A stretch of DNA of 64,000 nt from assembly GCA_965203325.1 (NCBI GenBank), contig OZ241875.1, positions 3,776,001 through 3,840,000 of the forward strand, read 5' to 3'. A program made the position numbers and the translations under genes. Shown piece by piece: positions 38,076-47,442 of this stretch; the stretch's first letter is position 1; each line of letters opens with the position of its first letter. This DNA is from a bacterium (GTDB taxonomy: Bacteria > UBA8248). The notes under the pieces were generated by a model. That model saw only the letters and a program-made list of their open reading frames with translations, had not been told where the DNA came from and did not search any database.

Positions 38076-38187
38076 CTCAAGGGGGGAGAGGCTACATCGT
38101 TTCCTTGCAAATCCAAAATCCGACTACCGAGTTGCTAAATAATTCCCTGTTAGACCTCAGGCGAAGAGACCGCCCCGTTGGTTCTAC

Positions 38188-39372
38188 TTACAAATTCAGC
38201 GCGAGGCGGCTGACGGTGATTTCGGTTTCTTCCAGGATTTCCGCCCGCGTTCGTTTCCCGCTCAAGACGGCTGTCAACTCCTCGTGCAGGAGGTCCACGG
38301 CCTCGTCTCTCGAGAGTTCGCCGCGCATGACGCCGCTGATGTCGAGATCGGTGTTCTCCGCCATGCGGGCCGCCGTCCGGGGATTCGCCGTCACCTTGAT
38401 GGTGGGGGAGACGGGGTGGCCGATGGGGTTTCCGTTGCCCGTGTTGAAGACGATGGCCTGCGACCCGCACGCACCAAGCGCCGTGACGTTCTCCACACCC
38501 GCGCTCGGCGCGTCCAGGAAAACGCAGCCGCGCCGGCTCGTCCGCTCGCCCGGGACGATGACGTCGGCGATGTCGCGCGTCCCCGCTTTTTTCACCGCGC
38601 CCAGGCTTTTCTCCTCAATCGAGGAAAGCCCGCCCTGGATGTTGTCCTCCGTCGGGTTGCAGCCGATGATGTCCATCCCCATCTCGTGGGCGTAGTCCAT
38701 CGTGCGCTTCACCGCCCCCAGCAGCTTCCGCCGCACCTTCGGGCTGGCCGCCCGCTTCGCGAGAAGATGCTCGGCGCCGACGATCTCCATGGTTTCAGAA
38801 AATAAAACGACGCCGCCTGCGTCCACGATCCTGTCCGCCAAGACGCCCGTGACCGGGTTCGCCACCAGGCCGCTCGTGGTGTCCGAGCCGCCGCATTCCG
38901 TGCCCAGGGTAAGCTCGGACAGATCGCACCGTCTGCGCCTCGCGGCGCTCAGGTGGCGGTAGAGCTTCTGGGCGATCTCCACCCCCCGGCTCGCCGTCTG
39001 GAGCGTGCCGCCCGTCTCGTGGACCGTGAGGGTCTCGACAGGCATCCAGGGCGATGCCTCCGCCGCCACGTCCGCCACGTCCTGCGCGCTCTTGGGCTCG
39101 AGACTCACGACGATGGCCGCGCCCACGTTCGGGTGGCCCGCCGTGCGGCCCATCACCCGGTAGTGCTGCCGCTCGTCCTCGCCGAAAAGGTTTCTCCCGA
39201 ATGTTGTGTTCACGACGACCGCCTCGCGCACGAGTTTCCCGATGCGCCGCGCGAGGGGGTTGGCGTTGTCCATCGCGCTCACGACGACGAGGTGGTTCCT
39301 CGCGCCAGGTGCTCCGCTCGGCCGCCTGTAGCCCATGAAGGTGTTGCTCGGTTTTCTTCTCGGCAAGTTCAA
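38188..39372 (-). CDS. UxaA/GarD/SuyB family dehydratase or lyase, large subunit
   Basis: GARNH, HPNVGA, GTECGGSDTTSG, NIQGGLSSIEEKSLG, FNTGNG. Confidence 0.88.
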   Translation of the reverse strand: MNLPRRKPSNTFMGYRRPSGAPGARNHLVVVSAMDNANPLARRIGKLVREAVVVNTTFGRNLFGEDERQHYRVMGRTAGHPNVGAAIVVSLEPKSAQDVADVAAEASPWMPVETLTVHETGGTLQTASRGVEIAQKLYRHLSAARRRRCDLSELTLGTECGGSDTTSGLVANPVTGVLADRIVDAGGVVLFSETMEIVGAEHLLAKRAASPKVRRKLLGAVKRTMDYAHEMGMDIIGCNPTEDNIQGGLSSIEEKSLGAVKKAGTRDIADVIVPGERTSRRGCVFLDAPSAGVENVTALGACGSQAIVFNTGNGNPIGHPVSPTIKVTANPRTAARMAENTDLDISGVMRGELSRDEAVDLLHEELTAVLSGKRTRAEILEETEITVSRLALNL

Positions 39373-39408
39373 TCTCCTGTTTTGGTGTAAGAGTCGTTTG
39401 CCGCGCTT

Positions 39409-40239
39409 TCAATCCTCAAACGGCGCGGGGCGGTGGTGGACGTTCACCTCGCGCGCCTTGATATACTCGATCACGCCGATGAGCCTTTCCACCACGGCCT
39501 CGTGGAAGGCGCGCCCTTTCTCTTCGGTCGCGGCCGTCGGGTCGCCGGATTGTCCCTGATCCCCGATTTCGGCGCGGTATTCGCCCACCGTCTTGGGGTA
39601 GAAAAAGCGCGGCGCATCCACGCCCGGATCGCTGATGTGGTGCCCCGTCATCCACTCAGGGTTCGGGTTCGAGTTCTGAGGCGTGGCTTTCTCCATGTCC
39701 ACGAGGTGGGAATACATGTGGAGCGCGTGCGAGGTTTCCAGTTCGCACGCGTGGCCCTGTCCGCCGGGGGGCGTGGTCCTGATTTCGGGAATCCTGTCGA
39801 AGGCGATGATGCCCACGTCCACGACGGCGAGCGCCGCCCCGGTTTTCTGCCGCATCTGGTTCACGGCGATCTCGAGCGGCGCCAAATTGGCCCGCCTGTG
39901 TCCGTTCACCAGGATCACCCGATTGAAGCCGTGGTAGAGGAGGCTCGCCATGATGTCGGTCACGACGGCGGTCAGAGTCTCGGGCCTCAGCGTAATCGTG
40001 CCCGTGAGCGCCATGTGGTTGTTGGTCCAGCCGTACCAGAGGGTGGGGTAGACCAGAACGCCCGCGCGTCGGCCCGCGTCCTGGGCGACGTGGTGGGCGG
40101 CGAGCGCGTCGTGGCCCATGGGCATGTGCGGGCCGTGCTGCTCGATGCTTCCCACGGGCAGGATGACCAGATCGTTTCCCGAATCCAGGTATTCGCGCAC
40201 CTCGCGCCAGCTTTTCTCATGCGCCCAGGGGGTGTCCAT
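39409..40239 (-). CDS. creatininase family amidohydrolase
   Basis: LPVGSIEQHGPHMP, NGHRRAN, GHACELETS, GDPTAATEEKG. Confidence 0.92.
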   Translation of the reverse strand: MDTPWAHEKSWREVREYLDSGNDLVILPVGSIEQHGPHMPMGHDALAAHHVAQDAGRRAGVLVYPTLWYGWTNNHMALTGTITLRPETLTAVVTDIMASLLYHGFNRVILVNGHRRANLAPLEIAVNQMRQKTGAALAVVDVGIIAFDRIPEIRTTPPGGQGHACELETSHALHMYSHLVDMEKATPQNSNPNPEWMTGHHISDPGVDAPRFFYPKTVGEYRAEIGDQGQSGDPTAATEEKGRAFHEAVVERLIGVIEYIKAREVNVHHRPAPFED

Positions 40240-40259
40240 GGCTTTTCTCCTCTCGTGTG

Positions 40260-40575
40260 GGGGTTATTGAAAAACCCCTCGTCGGGGCTGTTGAAAAAGC
40301 CCGGATAAACGATGGTTTGACTCGCCCGATAAATGAGCAAGATTCACTCCCCCCTTGAGGGGGAGTCAGTGAGCTAAGGGCGCAAGCCCGCAAGCGAACT
40401 GGTGGGGGGATGGTTTTCAGTTATAATTTCCAAGTAAAAACTCCCCCCACCGATTCAGCCTTCGCATAAAACGCTCGGCTTCATCGACTCCCCCTCAAGG
40501 GGGGAGTGAAGTTTCCTACCTCCCCAGTCAACTCCATATGCCAAATCACAAAATCAGGGCTTTTTCAAAAACTCC
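40260..40575. mobile_element. MITE-like shell containing a family-A element (40343-40510)
   Basis: Two left ends GGGG(T/C)T(A/G)TTGAAAAA, right end TTTTTCAAAAACTCC; internal ACTCCCCCCTTGAGGG...CCCTCAAGGGGGGAGT. Confidence 0.65.
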
Positions 40576-40587
40576 ATATGGATTCTA

Positions 40588-40920
40588 CTAAAACAACAGG
40601 CTGCGCAGGCCCGGAAACAGCATGAACGCGCAAACGCCCGCGCCGAGGCCCGCGAGCAGGTTTTTCCGGGCAGCATAGAAGACGCCCACGCAGACCGCCA
40701 GCCCCGCGAGGCGGTCGATGAGGTGTGATTCCGCGAGCGCGCCGCCGGGCAGCAGGATGATCTTCATCATCAGGCCGGTGGCGATGGCGTAGGCCACGCA
40801 GGTCACCCACTCGAATATGGGGCTGTCGTCCTCGATCCGGCCCGCGATGAGCACGCCCATCCAGCGCCACGAATACGTGCAGACGATGGCGATTCCCAAT
40901 AAAGTCGCGGCGTCAGGCAT
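40588..40920 (-). CDS. AzlD family membrane protein
   Basis: Small 4-TM protein overlapping the AzlC gene; TYSWRW, VAYA motifs. Confidence 0.75.
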   Translation of the reverse strand: MPDAATLLGIAIVCTYSWRWMGVLIAGRIEDDSPIFEWVTCVAYAIATGLMMKIILLPGGALAESHLIDRLAGLAVCVGVFYAARKNLLAGLGAGVCAFMLFPGLRSLLF

Positions 40921-41638
40921 TGCGCTTCCTCGCTCTGCCGATAGCGAACGCGAGCGTTCCGGCCAGGACGCCGCCCGTGAGAAGCCCCCAGTTGGTGGAG
41001 ACGAGATAGCCCGCCGGTACGAGGGCGCAGCCGAGCACCACCGACAGGAGAACCGCGCGCCGGCTGCTCTGGGCGGCCAGCAGCAGCATGAAGAGCGGCG
41101 TGATGAGCATGAGCGTGCGCGCGATGAGGCCGGGCATCCTGGCGGCCATCGTGTAGCCGAACGCCGTGCCGAGAAGCCCCATGGACATGCAGGCGGTCGT
41201 GAAGCCGAAGAAATAGGCGGCGCGCAGGTTTTTCTCCGGGACGTGGCGGCACATCTCGACGACCTGGACGAACGAGGTCACCGAGTTGACGTGGGCCATC
41301 CAGAAATGCACGTTCTCGACGCCGGGGCGTTTTCGCAGCAGCGGCATGGTGGCGATGGTGAGCGGGAACATCCGCACGTTGGCGATGGTGACCGAGGCGA
41401 TGAGCGCGACACCCCCGACGCCGGCGGCGAAAAGCTCCACGAAGGCCACCTGGCCCGGCGTGCTCCACATGCCGCCCGTCATGCCCAACGCGATCAGGAG
41501 CGAGACGCCGCTGTCCTTCGCGAGCGCGCCGAAACCCGACATGGCGGCGAAAAGCCCGATGCCGGGCGCCTGGGTGCAATGCTTCATCCCCTGGCGGAAA
41601 TAGGCGCCCCATGTCTTCTCGGTGCGGCGAAAATCCAT
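40913..41638 (-). CDS. AzlC family branched-chain amino acid exporter
   Basis: GFGALA, PGQVAF, ANVRMFP, TM pattern. Confidence 0.8.
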   Translation of the reverse strand: MDFRRTEKTWGAYFRQGMKHCTQAPGIGLFAAMSGFGALAKDSGVSLLIALGMTGGMWSTPGQVAFVELFAAGVGGVALIASVTIANVRMFPLTIATMPLLRKRPGVENVHFWMAHVNSVTSFVQVVEMCRHVPEKNLRAAYFFGFTTACMSMGLLGTAFGYTMAARMPGLIARTLMLITPLFMLLLAAQSSRRAVLLSVVLGCALVPAGYLVSTNWGLLTGGVLAGTLAFAIGRARKRNA

Positions 41639-42771
41639 CAGTTGCTCATGATCTTTTCGAGTTTGTCGGCGGCCTTCAAACCGTGGCCCGTCACCGGAAC
41701 GACCACGGTTTCAGACGGCTTGACCATACCTTGTTCCTTCAAAAGTGCGAGCGCGGCGAAGGCGACGGCGCTCGTCGGCTCCATGAGGACGCCCTTCGCG
41801 CCGAACTCCTGGAGAAGGGGAGGGATGGTTTCGTCTTGGACCGCGACGAAACATCCTCCACTCTCCCGGACGGCCTCGCGCATCTGCTTCCAGCGGACGG
41901 GCGCGGCGATGGAGATACCCTCCGCCATCGTGTCCTCCGGGATGATCTCTGGCACGGCTTCGAGATTCTCCTCCCACATCCGCACCATCGGCGCGCAGTT
42001 TGCCGCCTGGGCCGCGTAGATTTTCGGTAATTCGTCGATATAGTCCGCCCGGAGGAGTTCCGAAAAGCCGAGATAAGCGCCGATGAGCGCCGAGCCGTGC
42101 CCGGCGGGGGCGACGACGGCGTCGGGCGCACGAAAGCCCAGTTGCTCCCATACCTCGAACGCCCAGGTCTTGGTGCCGTGGTTGAACCAGGGGTTCCAGA
42201 AATGGGAGGCGTAGAAGCGCTCCTTGGCCGCTTCCATCGCGACGGCGGTGGATGCGGCGCGGGGGCCGGGGATTTTGTGAAGCCGCGCGCCATAGGCGGT
42301 GATCTGCGCGCACTTGGCCGATGAAGTGGAGGCGGGCGCGTAGATGTCGCACTCGATTCCGGCGCGCGCGGCGTAGGCGGCGACGGCGGCGGCGGCGTTG
42401 CCCGAGGAATCCATGAGCACCTGCGCGAGACCCCACTCCTTGAGCTTGCTCATCAGCACGGTGGCGCCCCGGTCCTTGAACGAGCCGGTGGGGAACAGGA
42501 AATCGAGCTTGCAGAGTATTTCCGCGCCTGAGAAAGCGAGGGGGACGAGCGGCGTCATCCCCTCGTTCATGGAGACGATGTTCTCATCTTTCTCGATAGG
42601 AATCGCCTCCCGGTAGCGCCAGAGGGTGGCGGGGCGGGCGGCCAGGGATTCGCGGGTGAAGATGCCCCTCGGCGCCACCTCCAGCGGCCCGCCGCAGCCG
42701 CAACGCCAGCGGGGTTCACTCGGGGGGTATTTCTCCCCGCAGTCGATACAGGCGAATTTCGCTTCACTCAT
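41638..42771 (-). CDS. threonine synthase-like PLP enzyme (fold II)
   Basis: N-terminal CxxC...CxCG, PTGSFKDRG, DSSGNA, PAGHG, EPTSA, TGHGLK. Confidence 0.88.
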   Translation of the reverse strand: MSEAKFACIDCGEKYPPSEPRWRCGCGGPLEVAPRGIFTRESLAARPATLWRYREAIPIEKDENIVSMNEGMTPLVPLAFSGAEILCKLDFLFPTGSFKDRGATVLMSKLKEWGLAQVLMDSSGNAAAAVAAYAARAGIECDIYAPASTSSAKCAQITAYGARLHKIPGPRAASTAVAMEAAKERFYASHFWNPWFNHGTKTWAFEVWEQLGFRAPDAVVAPAGHGSALIGAYLGFSELLRADYIDELPKIYAAQAANCAPMVRMWEENLEAVPEIIPEDTMAEGISIAAPVRWKQMREAVRESGGCFVAVQDETIPPLLQEFGAKGVLMEPTSAVAFAALALLKEQGMVKPSETVVVPVTGHGLKAADKLEKIMSN

Positions 42772-42932
42772 TTTCCGGCGCCGATTCATCCGTTATAGTG
42801 AGGGTAAATGACGTTCAAGGCTAAATGTTCCGCGCATCGGCGTCCAGTCGCGCGGGGGAGATTCGGGTGGGAATGACCCTTTGGGGGGGGGGTATTGAAG
42901 AAAGTCTCCTTTCAGGAGGTAGGGGGGTAATG

Positions 42933-43129
42933 CCCCGACGAGAATTTCAAATCAACTCCCCCCTTGAGGGGTCTGGCTTCCCGAGGGGAAAGCCAGACGA
43001 TGAAGCCGAGCGGTTTTTGCGAAGGCTGAATCGGTGGGGGGACATGCCACAGAAAAAGCTCCCCCCACCGGCGCGACTTCGGACTACGTCCTTGTCTTGC
43101 CGACTCCCCCTCAAGGGGGGAGTGAATTT
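42933..43129. repeat. family-A modular palindromic element
   Basis: ACTCCCCCCTTGAGGG...CCCTCAAGGGGGGAGT with inner GGTGGGGGG/CCCCCCACC. Confidence 0.85.
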
Positions 43130-43312
43130 CCTATCTCCTTGGGTAGTAGTGATCCTCCAGGTGGGAGTGAAAAACCCCCGAGTATCAGGGAGTGGCATTG
43201 GAGAGAGAATGATGGATTCAACTGCTGGACTCTTTACGAATTGACCGGCAAGAAGAAATCATAAATTCAGGTATATAATTCCGCTTCATCTCGATAATTT
43301 CAGGAGACATTC

Positions 43313-44614
43313 ATGGTAACGGACCCCAGGTTTTTCCCGAGAGACGGCCGCGCGGGCGACGCGGCGGCCTCGTTCTCCGCTGAGGAGCGCGACAGGCGGT
43401 GGAACGCGGTGCGCGCCGCCATGGATGCGCGCGGCCTCGACTGCCTCATCGTCATCGGGCGCGGCTCGAACGGAAGCGGCGACACCCGCTGGCTCGACGG
43501 GGGCGATTACGGGGAGCGCAGCATGGTGTTCCCCCGGAAGGGCGAGCCCGTCACCTTCTGGCTCCTGCAGAACTGGGGCAAGTGGTACACCGAATCGTGC
43601 TTCGAGGGGGTGCGCTACCGGGGGCACGAGGGGAAGGTGAGCATCGTGGCCTCAGACGCCATCAAGGAGCTGGGCTATGAGAGCGGGCGAATCGGCGTCG
43701 TCGGCCTCATCGGCGGGGGATACGGCTCTGAAGGATCGATCCCCTACATGACGTATCAAAACCTCAAGCGCCTTTTGCCGGATGCCGAGTTCGCAGACGC
43801 TTCGGACATCCTCACGCGCCTGCGCATGATAAAGAGCGCAGAAGAAATCGCGATGCTCGAAAAGGCGGCCGAGATGGTGAACATCGAGATAGACGCCGTG
43901 CTCGGCTGCTGCCGCCCGGGCGTGCGGGAGAGCGAGGTGTACGCCGCGCTGTTCGGCGCGAGCCTGCGCGCGGGCGCGGAGGAGGGCCGCGACAGCTGGC
44001 TCATCATGTGCTCGGGCAAGGGCTATCCGGTGAACAGAAGGCCCACGGACAGGATTCTGCGCACCGGCGACATGGTGTGCATCGGCTACTACGCGCGCTA
44101 CGGGGGCTACTGGAGCCACCCGCACACCTCGATGTCGCTGGGCCCGATGGATGCGGAATACAGGCCGCTGCGCGAGGCGGTGCGCGAAAGCCTCCATGCC
44201 GCGCTCGATGCGCTCAAGCCGGGCACGCCGTGGAGCGAGGTGGACCGCGCGTCGAACGAGGCGGTGCTGAGGGGCGGGTTTTATCACGAGATCCCCCAGG
44301 TGCACGGGGTGGGGATCGACGGCATCGAGCCGCCCATGACGACGATATGCGCGGGCGAGATTCCCCGGAAATTCTCCTGGCGCGAGCCTTTCGTCGAGGG
44401 GAGCCTGGCGGAGAACCCCGAATGGCGCGAACTCGCGGGTGAGCGCTACGGTTTTCTGGCGGATTTCGAGGTCGAGGCGGGCATGTCCCTCGCCGTCGAG
44501 ATAAAGGCCGCGCACGAGGACAGGATGTTCATCGTCTTCGGCCCGCAGGTGATCGTGGAGGAGAACGGCCCGCGGGTCCTCACGCCCGAGGCGATGGACG
44601 TGATCGAGTTGTAA
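43313..44614 (+). CDS. M24 (Xaa-Pro peptidase/creatinase) family protein
   Basis: RLRMIKSAEEI, RPGVRESE, YGGYWS, HGVGI. Confidence 0.85.
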   Translation: MVTDPRFFPRDGRAGDAAASFSAEERDRRWNAVRAAMDARGLDCLIVIGRGSNGSGDTRWLDGGDYGERSMVFPRKGEPVTFWLLQNWGKWYTESCFEGVRYRGHEGKVSIVASDAIKELGYESGRIGVVGLIGGGYGSEGSIPYMTYQNLKRLLPDAEFADASDILTRLRMIKSAEEIAMLEKAAEMVNIEIDAVLGCCRPGVRESEVYAALFGASLRAGAEEGRDSWLIMCSGKGYPVNRRPTDRILRTGDMVCIGYYARYGGYWSHPHTSMSLGPMDAEYRPLREAVRESLHAALDALKPGTPWSEVDRASNEAVLRGGFYHEIPQVHGVGIDGIEPPMTTICAGEIPRKFSWREPFVEGSLAENPEWRELAGERYGFLADFEVEAGMSLAVEIKAAHEDRMFIVFGPQVIVEENGPRVLTPEAMDVIEL

Positions 44615-44631
44615 TCGAACACGACCGTGGA

Positions 44632-45010
44632 GGGGCTGTTGTATAATGCCCTGATTTTCGTGATTCGGCGTATGAAGCCAATCGAGGAGGGAGGAGACAA
44701 CACTCCCTTTTGAAGGTAGTTGCCAACCTAGGAACAAGGAAATTAACTCCCCCCTTGAGGGTCTGGCTTCCCGAGGGGAAAGCCAGACGGTGAGGTGAGG
44801 GGGTTTTTACCCGAAACCGAACCGGTGGGGGGAGCTTTTTCTGTGGCATGTCCCCCCACCACATCGGCCTTCGCATAAACCGCTCGGCCTCTGTGACTCC
44901 CCCTCAAGGGGGGAGTTGATTTGAAATTCTCGTCGGGGTAGTAACCTCCCTTACCAAGGGGGCTTTTTTGTTTTTACCCCCTGACAAGGGGGGGTAAGGG
45001 GGTGGTTTTT
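44632..45010. repeat. composite repeat: MITE end, family-A element (44741-44938), family-D hairpins
   Basis: GGGGCTGTTG...CCCTGATTTTCGTGATTCGG shared with 37855; CCCCCTGACAAGGGGGG hairpin. Confidence 0.8.
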
Positions 45011-45021
45011 CGGGCATTGGT

Positions 45022-46068
45022 TCATCCTATCCGCCAGGCCGTCACGCCACCCTGCGCGTCGAGCGCGGCAAGCGCGCGCCCGTCCGGCCGCCAGTACAGT
45101 TTCGCCCCGATGCCCGCCAGAACCGCGGTCCCGATCGGACGGCCATTTCCGTCCCTCTCAAGCGACCACACCACGACGGCGCCATCCCGTCCCGCCGATG
45201 CCAGGCGCATCCCGCGGCGAGCGAAGGCAAGCGTCGTGACGGGTTGAACATGAAACTCCAGAACACCGGGCCGCGTGCCTTCGGGACCATCTCCCTCGAA
45301 GCTCCAGACCGTCACCGCCTCCCCTCCGCCGGTGGCCAAAAGGGTGCCGGTATCATCGAAAGCCAGGGCCGACGGCTTGGCGGAATATCCTGACATCATG
45401 GCGTCCCGCTCCGTGGAGCGACGCCAGAAGTGCACCGTGTTGTCCTGGCTGCCGCAGGCCACGATATCCCCGCCCGGGCTCAGTACCATCGACACCAGGG
45501 AGCCCCGCCACTCCAGCTTCTGGCGAAGCTCGCCGGTGGGCGCGTCGAAGAACGTCACTCGACCGTAACAGGCCGTCGCCAGCTCCCCTGCGCTCGACCA
45601 GGCGATCGCGCTGACCGTGCTGGGATGATCATCAGATCGCCAAACCTCCGCGCCGTCCACGCCATACGCGCGAACCTGCCGGGAGCAGGAGGCCGCCAAC
45701 CACTGGCCGTCCGGCGACCACGCCACGTTCTCCACCCAATCGCCCCCGATGTCGATAGCCTGTTTTACCTGGCCTTCGGCGATACCCCAGATAAGGACTC
45801 GTCCGTCCTGGCCGGCAGTAGCGAACGTGGTTCCGCTTGGGTGGATCGCCACCGCGAGCACACCGCCTTCATGAACCCCGCGCCGCTCCCAGGTGGTCGC
45901 GCCGGACTTGCCGTCGAATGCGTAAACGCCACCCGCAGCGTCAGCGACCATCAGCGCCTCACCACGCAGGCTCCAGCCACCGGCGATAGCGTAGTCGCCA
46001 ACCGCCGCAGACCAGCCCCGGCGAAGAACACCCTTTGGGGCGTCGACATTTTGGAGTGCCGCCGACAT
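45022..46068 (-). CDS. WD40 repeat beta-propeller protein
   Basis: Repeated ATAGQDG.V.IW, WSPDG, GSQDNTVHFW, SAGRDG.VVVW. Confidence 0.9.
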   Translation of the reverse strand: MSAALQNVDAPKGVLRRGWSAAVGDYAIAGGWSLRGEALMVADAAGGVYAFDGKSGATTWERRGVHEGGVLAVAIHPSGTTFATAGQDGRVLIWGIAEGQVKQAIDIGGDWVENVAWSPDGQWLAASCSRQVRAYGVDGAEVWRSDDHPSTVSAIAWSSAGELATACYGRVTFFDAPTGELRQKLEWRGSLVSMVLSPGGDIVACGSQDNTVHFWRRSTERDAMMSGYSAKPSALAFDDTGTLLATGGGEAVTVWSFEGDGPEGTRPGVLEFHVQPVTTLAFARRGMRLASAGRDGAVVVWSLERDGNGRPIGTAVLAGIGAKLYWRPDGRALAALDAQGGVTAWRIG

Positions 46069-46069
46069 C

Positions 46070-46297
46070 TCAATCAGCCTTGGCAGTGGCAATCGCTGCG
46101 ATGTTGGCCAACAGCCATGCGGATGCAGCAAACAACTGCAACCAATCCCCACCGGACCTGAGCCCGTAAGTCAGCATGCTGCCAATCCAGCAAACGCTGG
46201 CAGCCGTTTGTCCGAGCCATTCGATGCTCCGCACCCTGGCGAGTCGGCTTCGCCTCGCGCCAGACGCGGCGGCCCCTTCGTCGTTTCCCGTCAACAT
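46070..46297 (-). CDS. small two-TM hypothetical protein
   Basis: Overlaps the upstream stop and abuts the WD40 start; hydrophobic with DWLQLFAASAW. Confidence 0.6.
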   Translation of the reverse strand: MLTGNDEGAAASGARRSRLARVRSIEWLGQTAASVCWIGSMLTYGLRSGGDWLQLFAASAWLLANIAAIATAKAD

Positions 46298-47421
46298 ACG
46301 CACTCCTCCCCGCAATAGGAGAGGTCATCGAGATACATGCCCCACTTGCGGTACTCTTCCAACTCTTCCGCCGGCAGCCCCAACGAGGTCGCAATGGCTT
46401 TGGCGACAACGGCGAATCGCTGTCGATACTTGTAGATAAAACAGAAGACGGAATTGTCATGGCGAACTGCGGGGCCGCAGAGAAATACGCCCGGTACGAT
46501 GGTTGATTCATCGTGTTCGCTCAGAAGCGGAAAGCCATCGTCGCGTCGCTCAAACAAATCCGCGACCAACTTGTGACTCCCCTCAAATCCGCCCGCCCAT
46601 AGCGGCGGCACGCGGGTTTCAAACCGATGCCCGTCTCGAGCCGTGACTTCATACATGGCGTCCACGCGAGTGACCGATTCGATAGGTGTGTGCGGAAACA
46701 GCTCCACTTGCTCGACAAACCAGTCTTCACGCATCCGTTCGAGCGTAAACGGGGAAAGCGCGACACTGGGATCGGAACTCTCTTCCTCCCACGGGCAATC
46801 CTTGTCGAACAACCGCACTCGTTTGTCGCGAAACGCCAGGTGGTAGGCCACGTCGACACCACTTTCGTAGCCACCCACAACGATGAAGTCGTCACCGTCA
46901 AGCTCTCCATAACTGGCGATGGTCGCGGTGTGACGACACAATTGGCTGCCAACAAACCCATTCAAGCGTGGGTATTGGAACTCGCCGGCGGCCCAGATGA
47001 CGTGCTTGGCTTGCAAGGTCTCGTCGGCCGTATCGATACGAAAGCCGTCGCCAACCTTTGCTATCTGCATCACGTCGGTATCCTGGCGTACGGGTAACTC
47101 AAAGAAATGTGCGACTGCACGCAAATATATCGCGTACTCTTCACCCGTCGGATGCTCAACCTCCAAACTGAACGCGGGTGAAGTTCCAATCGCGATCGAG
47201 TTCAAATCGAGCATGCCGATCGAATTGGTTGGGTACGAGGGCGTGATGAAGCGAGTCTCGGCCGGCCATGAGGCGAACGATGCGCCGACCGTGTGACGAT
47301 CGAGAACTACGAAGTTCTCGATGCCGGCATGCCTGAGAGCCACCGCGGCGCCCACGCCTGCGGCGCCGGCGCCGACGATCACGACGTCATAGAAGATTTT
47401 ACTGCTCTCGGCGCCGCTCAT
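46291..47421 (-). CDS. FAD/NAD(P)-dependent oxidoreductase (Pyr_redox_3-like) with Cys-rich tail
   Basis: GAGAAG, WAAGEFQYP, GGYESG, FCFIYKYRQRF, C-terminal CGEECVC. Confidence 0.85.
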   Translation of the reverse strand: MSGAESSKIFYDVVIVGAGAAGVGAAVALRHAGIENFVVLDRHTVGASFASWPAETRFITPSYPTNSIGMLDLNSIAIGTSPAFSLEVEHPTGEEYAIYLRAVAHFFELPVRQDTDVMQIAKVGDGFRIDTADETLQAKHVIWAAGEFQYPRLNGFVGSQLCRHTATIASYGELDGDDFIVVGGYESGVDVAYHLAFRDKRVRLFDKDCPWEEESSDPSVALSPFTLERMREDWFVEQVELFPHTPIESVTRVDAMYEVTARDGHRFETRVPPLWAGGFEGSHKLVADLFERRDDGFPLLSEHDESTIVPGVFLCGPAVRHDNSVFCFIYKYRQRFAVVAKAIATSLGLPAEELEEYRKWGMYLDDLSYCGEECVC

Positions 47422-47442
47422 GCAGGCTCCTCCTGTCGGTAT

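Noticed and set aside
42825..43264. Short ORFs over repeat regions (also 37859-38150, 53266-53454, 54319-54787)
   Set aside because: They are translations of palindromic repeats (LPLKGGV, GRIYAAPT), not supported genes
34772..44938. CRISPR array from the recurrent palindromes
   Set aside because: Copies are dispersed, inverted and of variable length; no regular repeat-spacer period and no cas genes
46291..46293. Sec readthrough after the CGEECVC tail
   Set aside because: The TGA overlaps the next gene's start region and the readthrough sequence is featureless; ordinary stop
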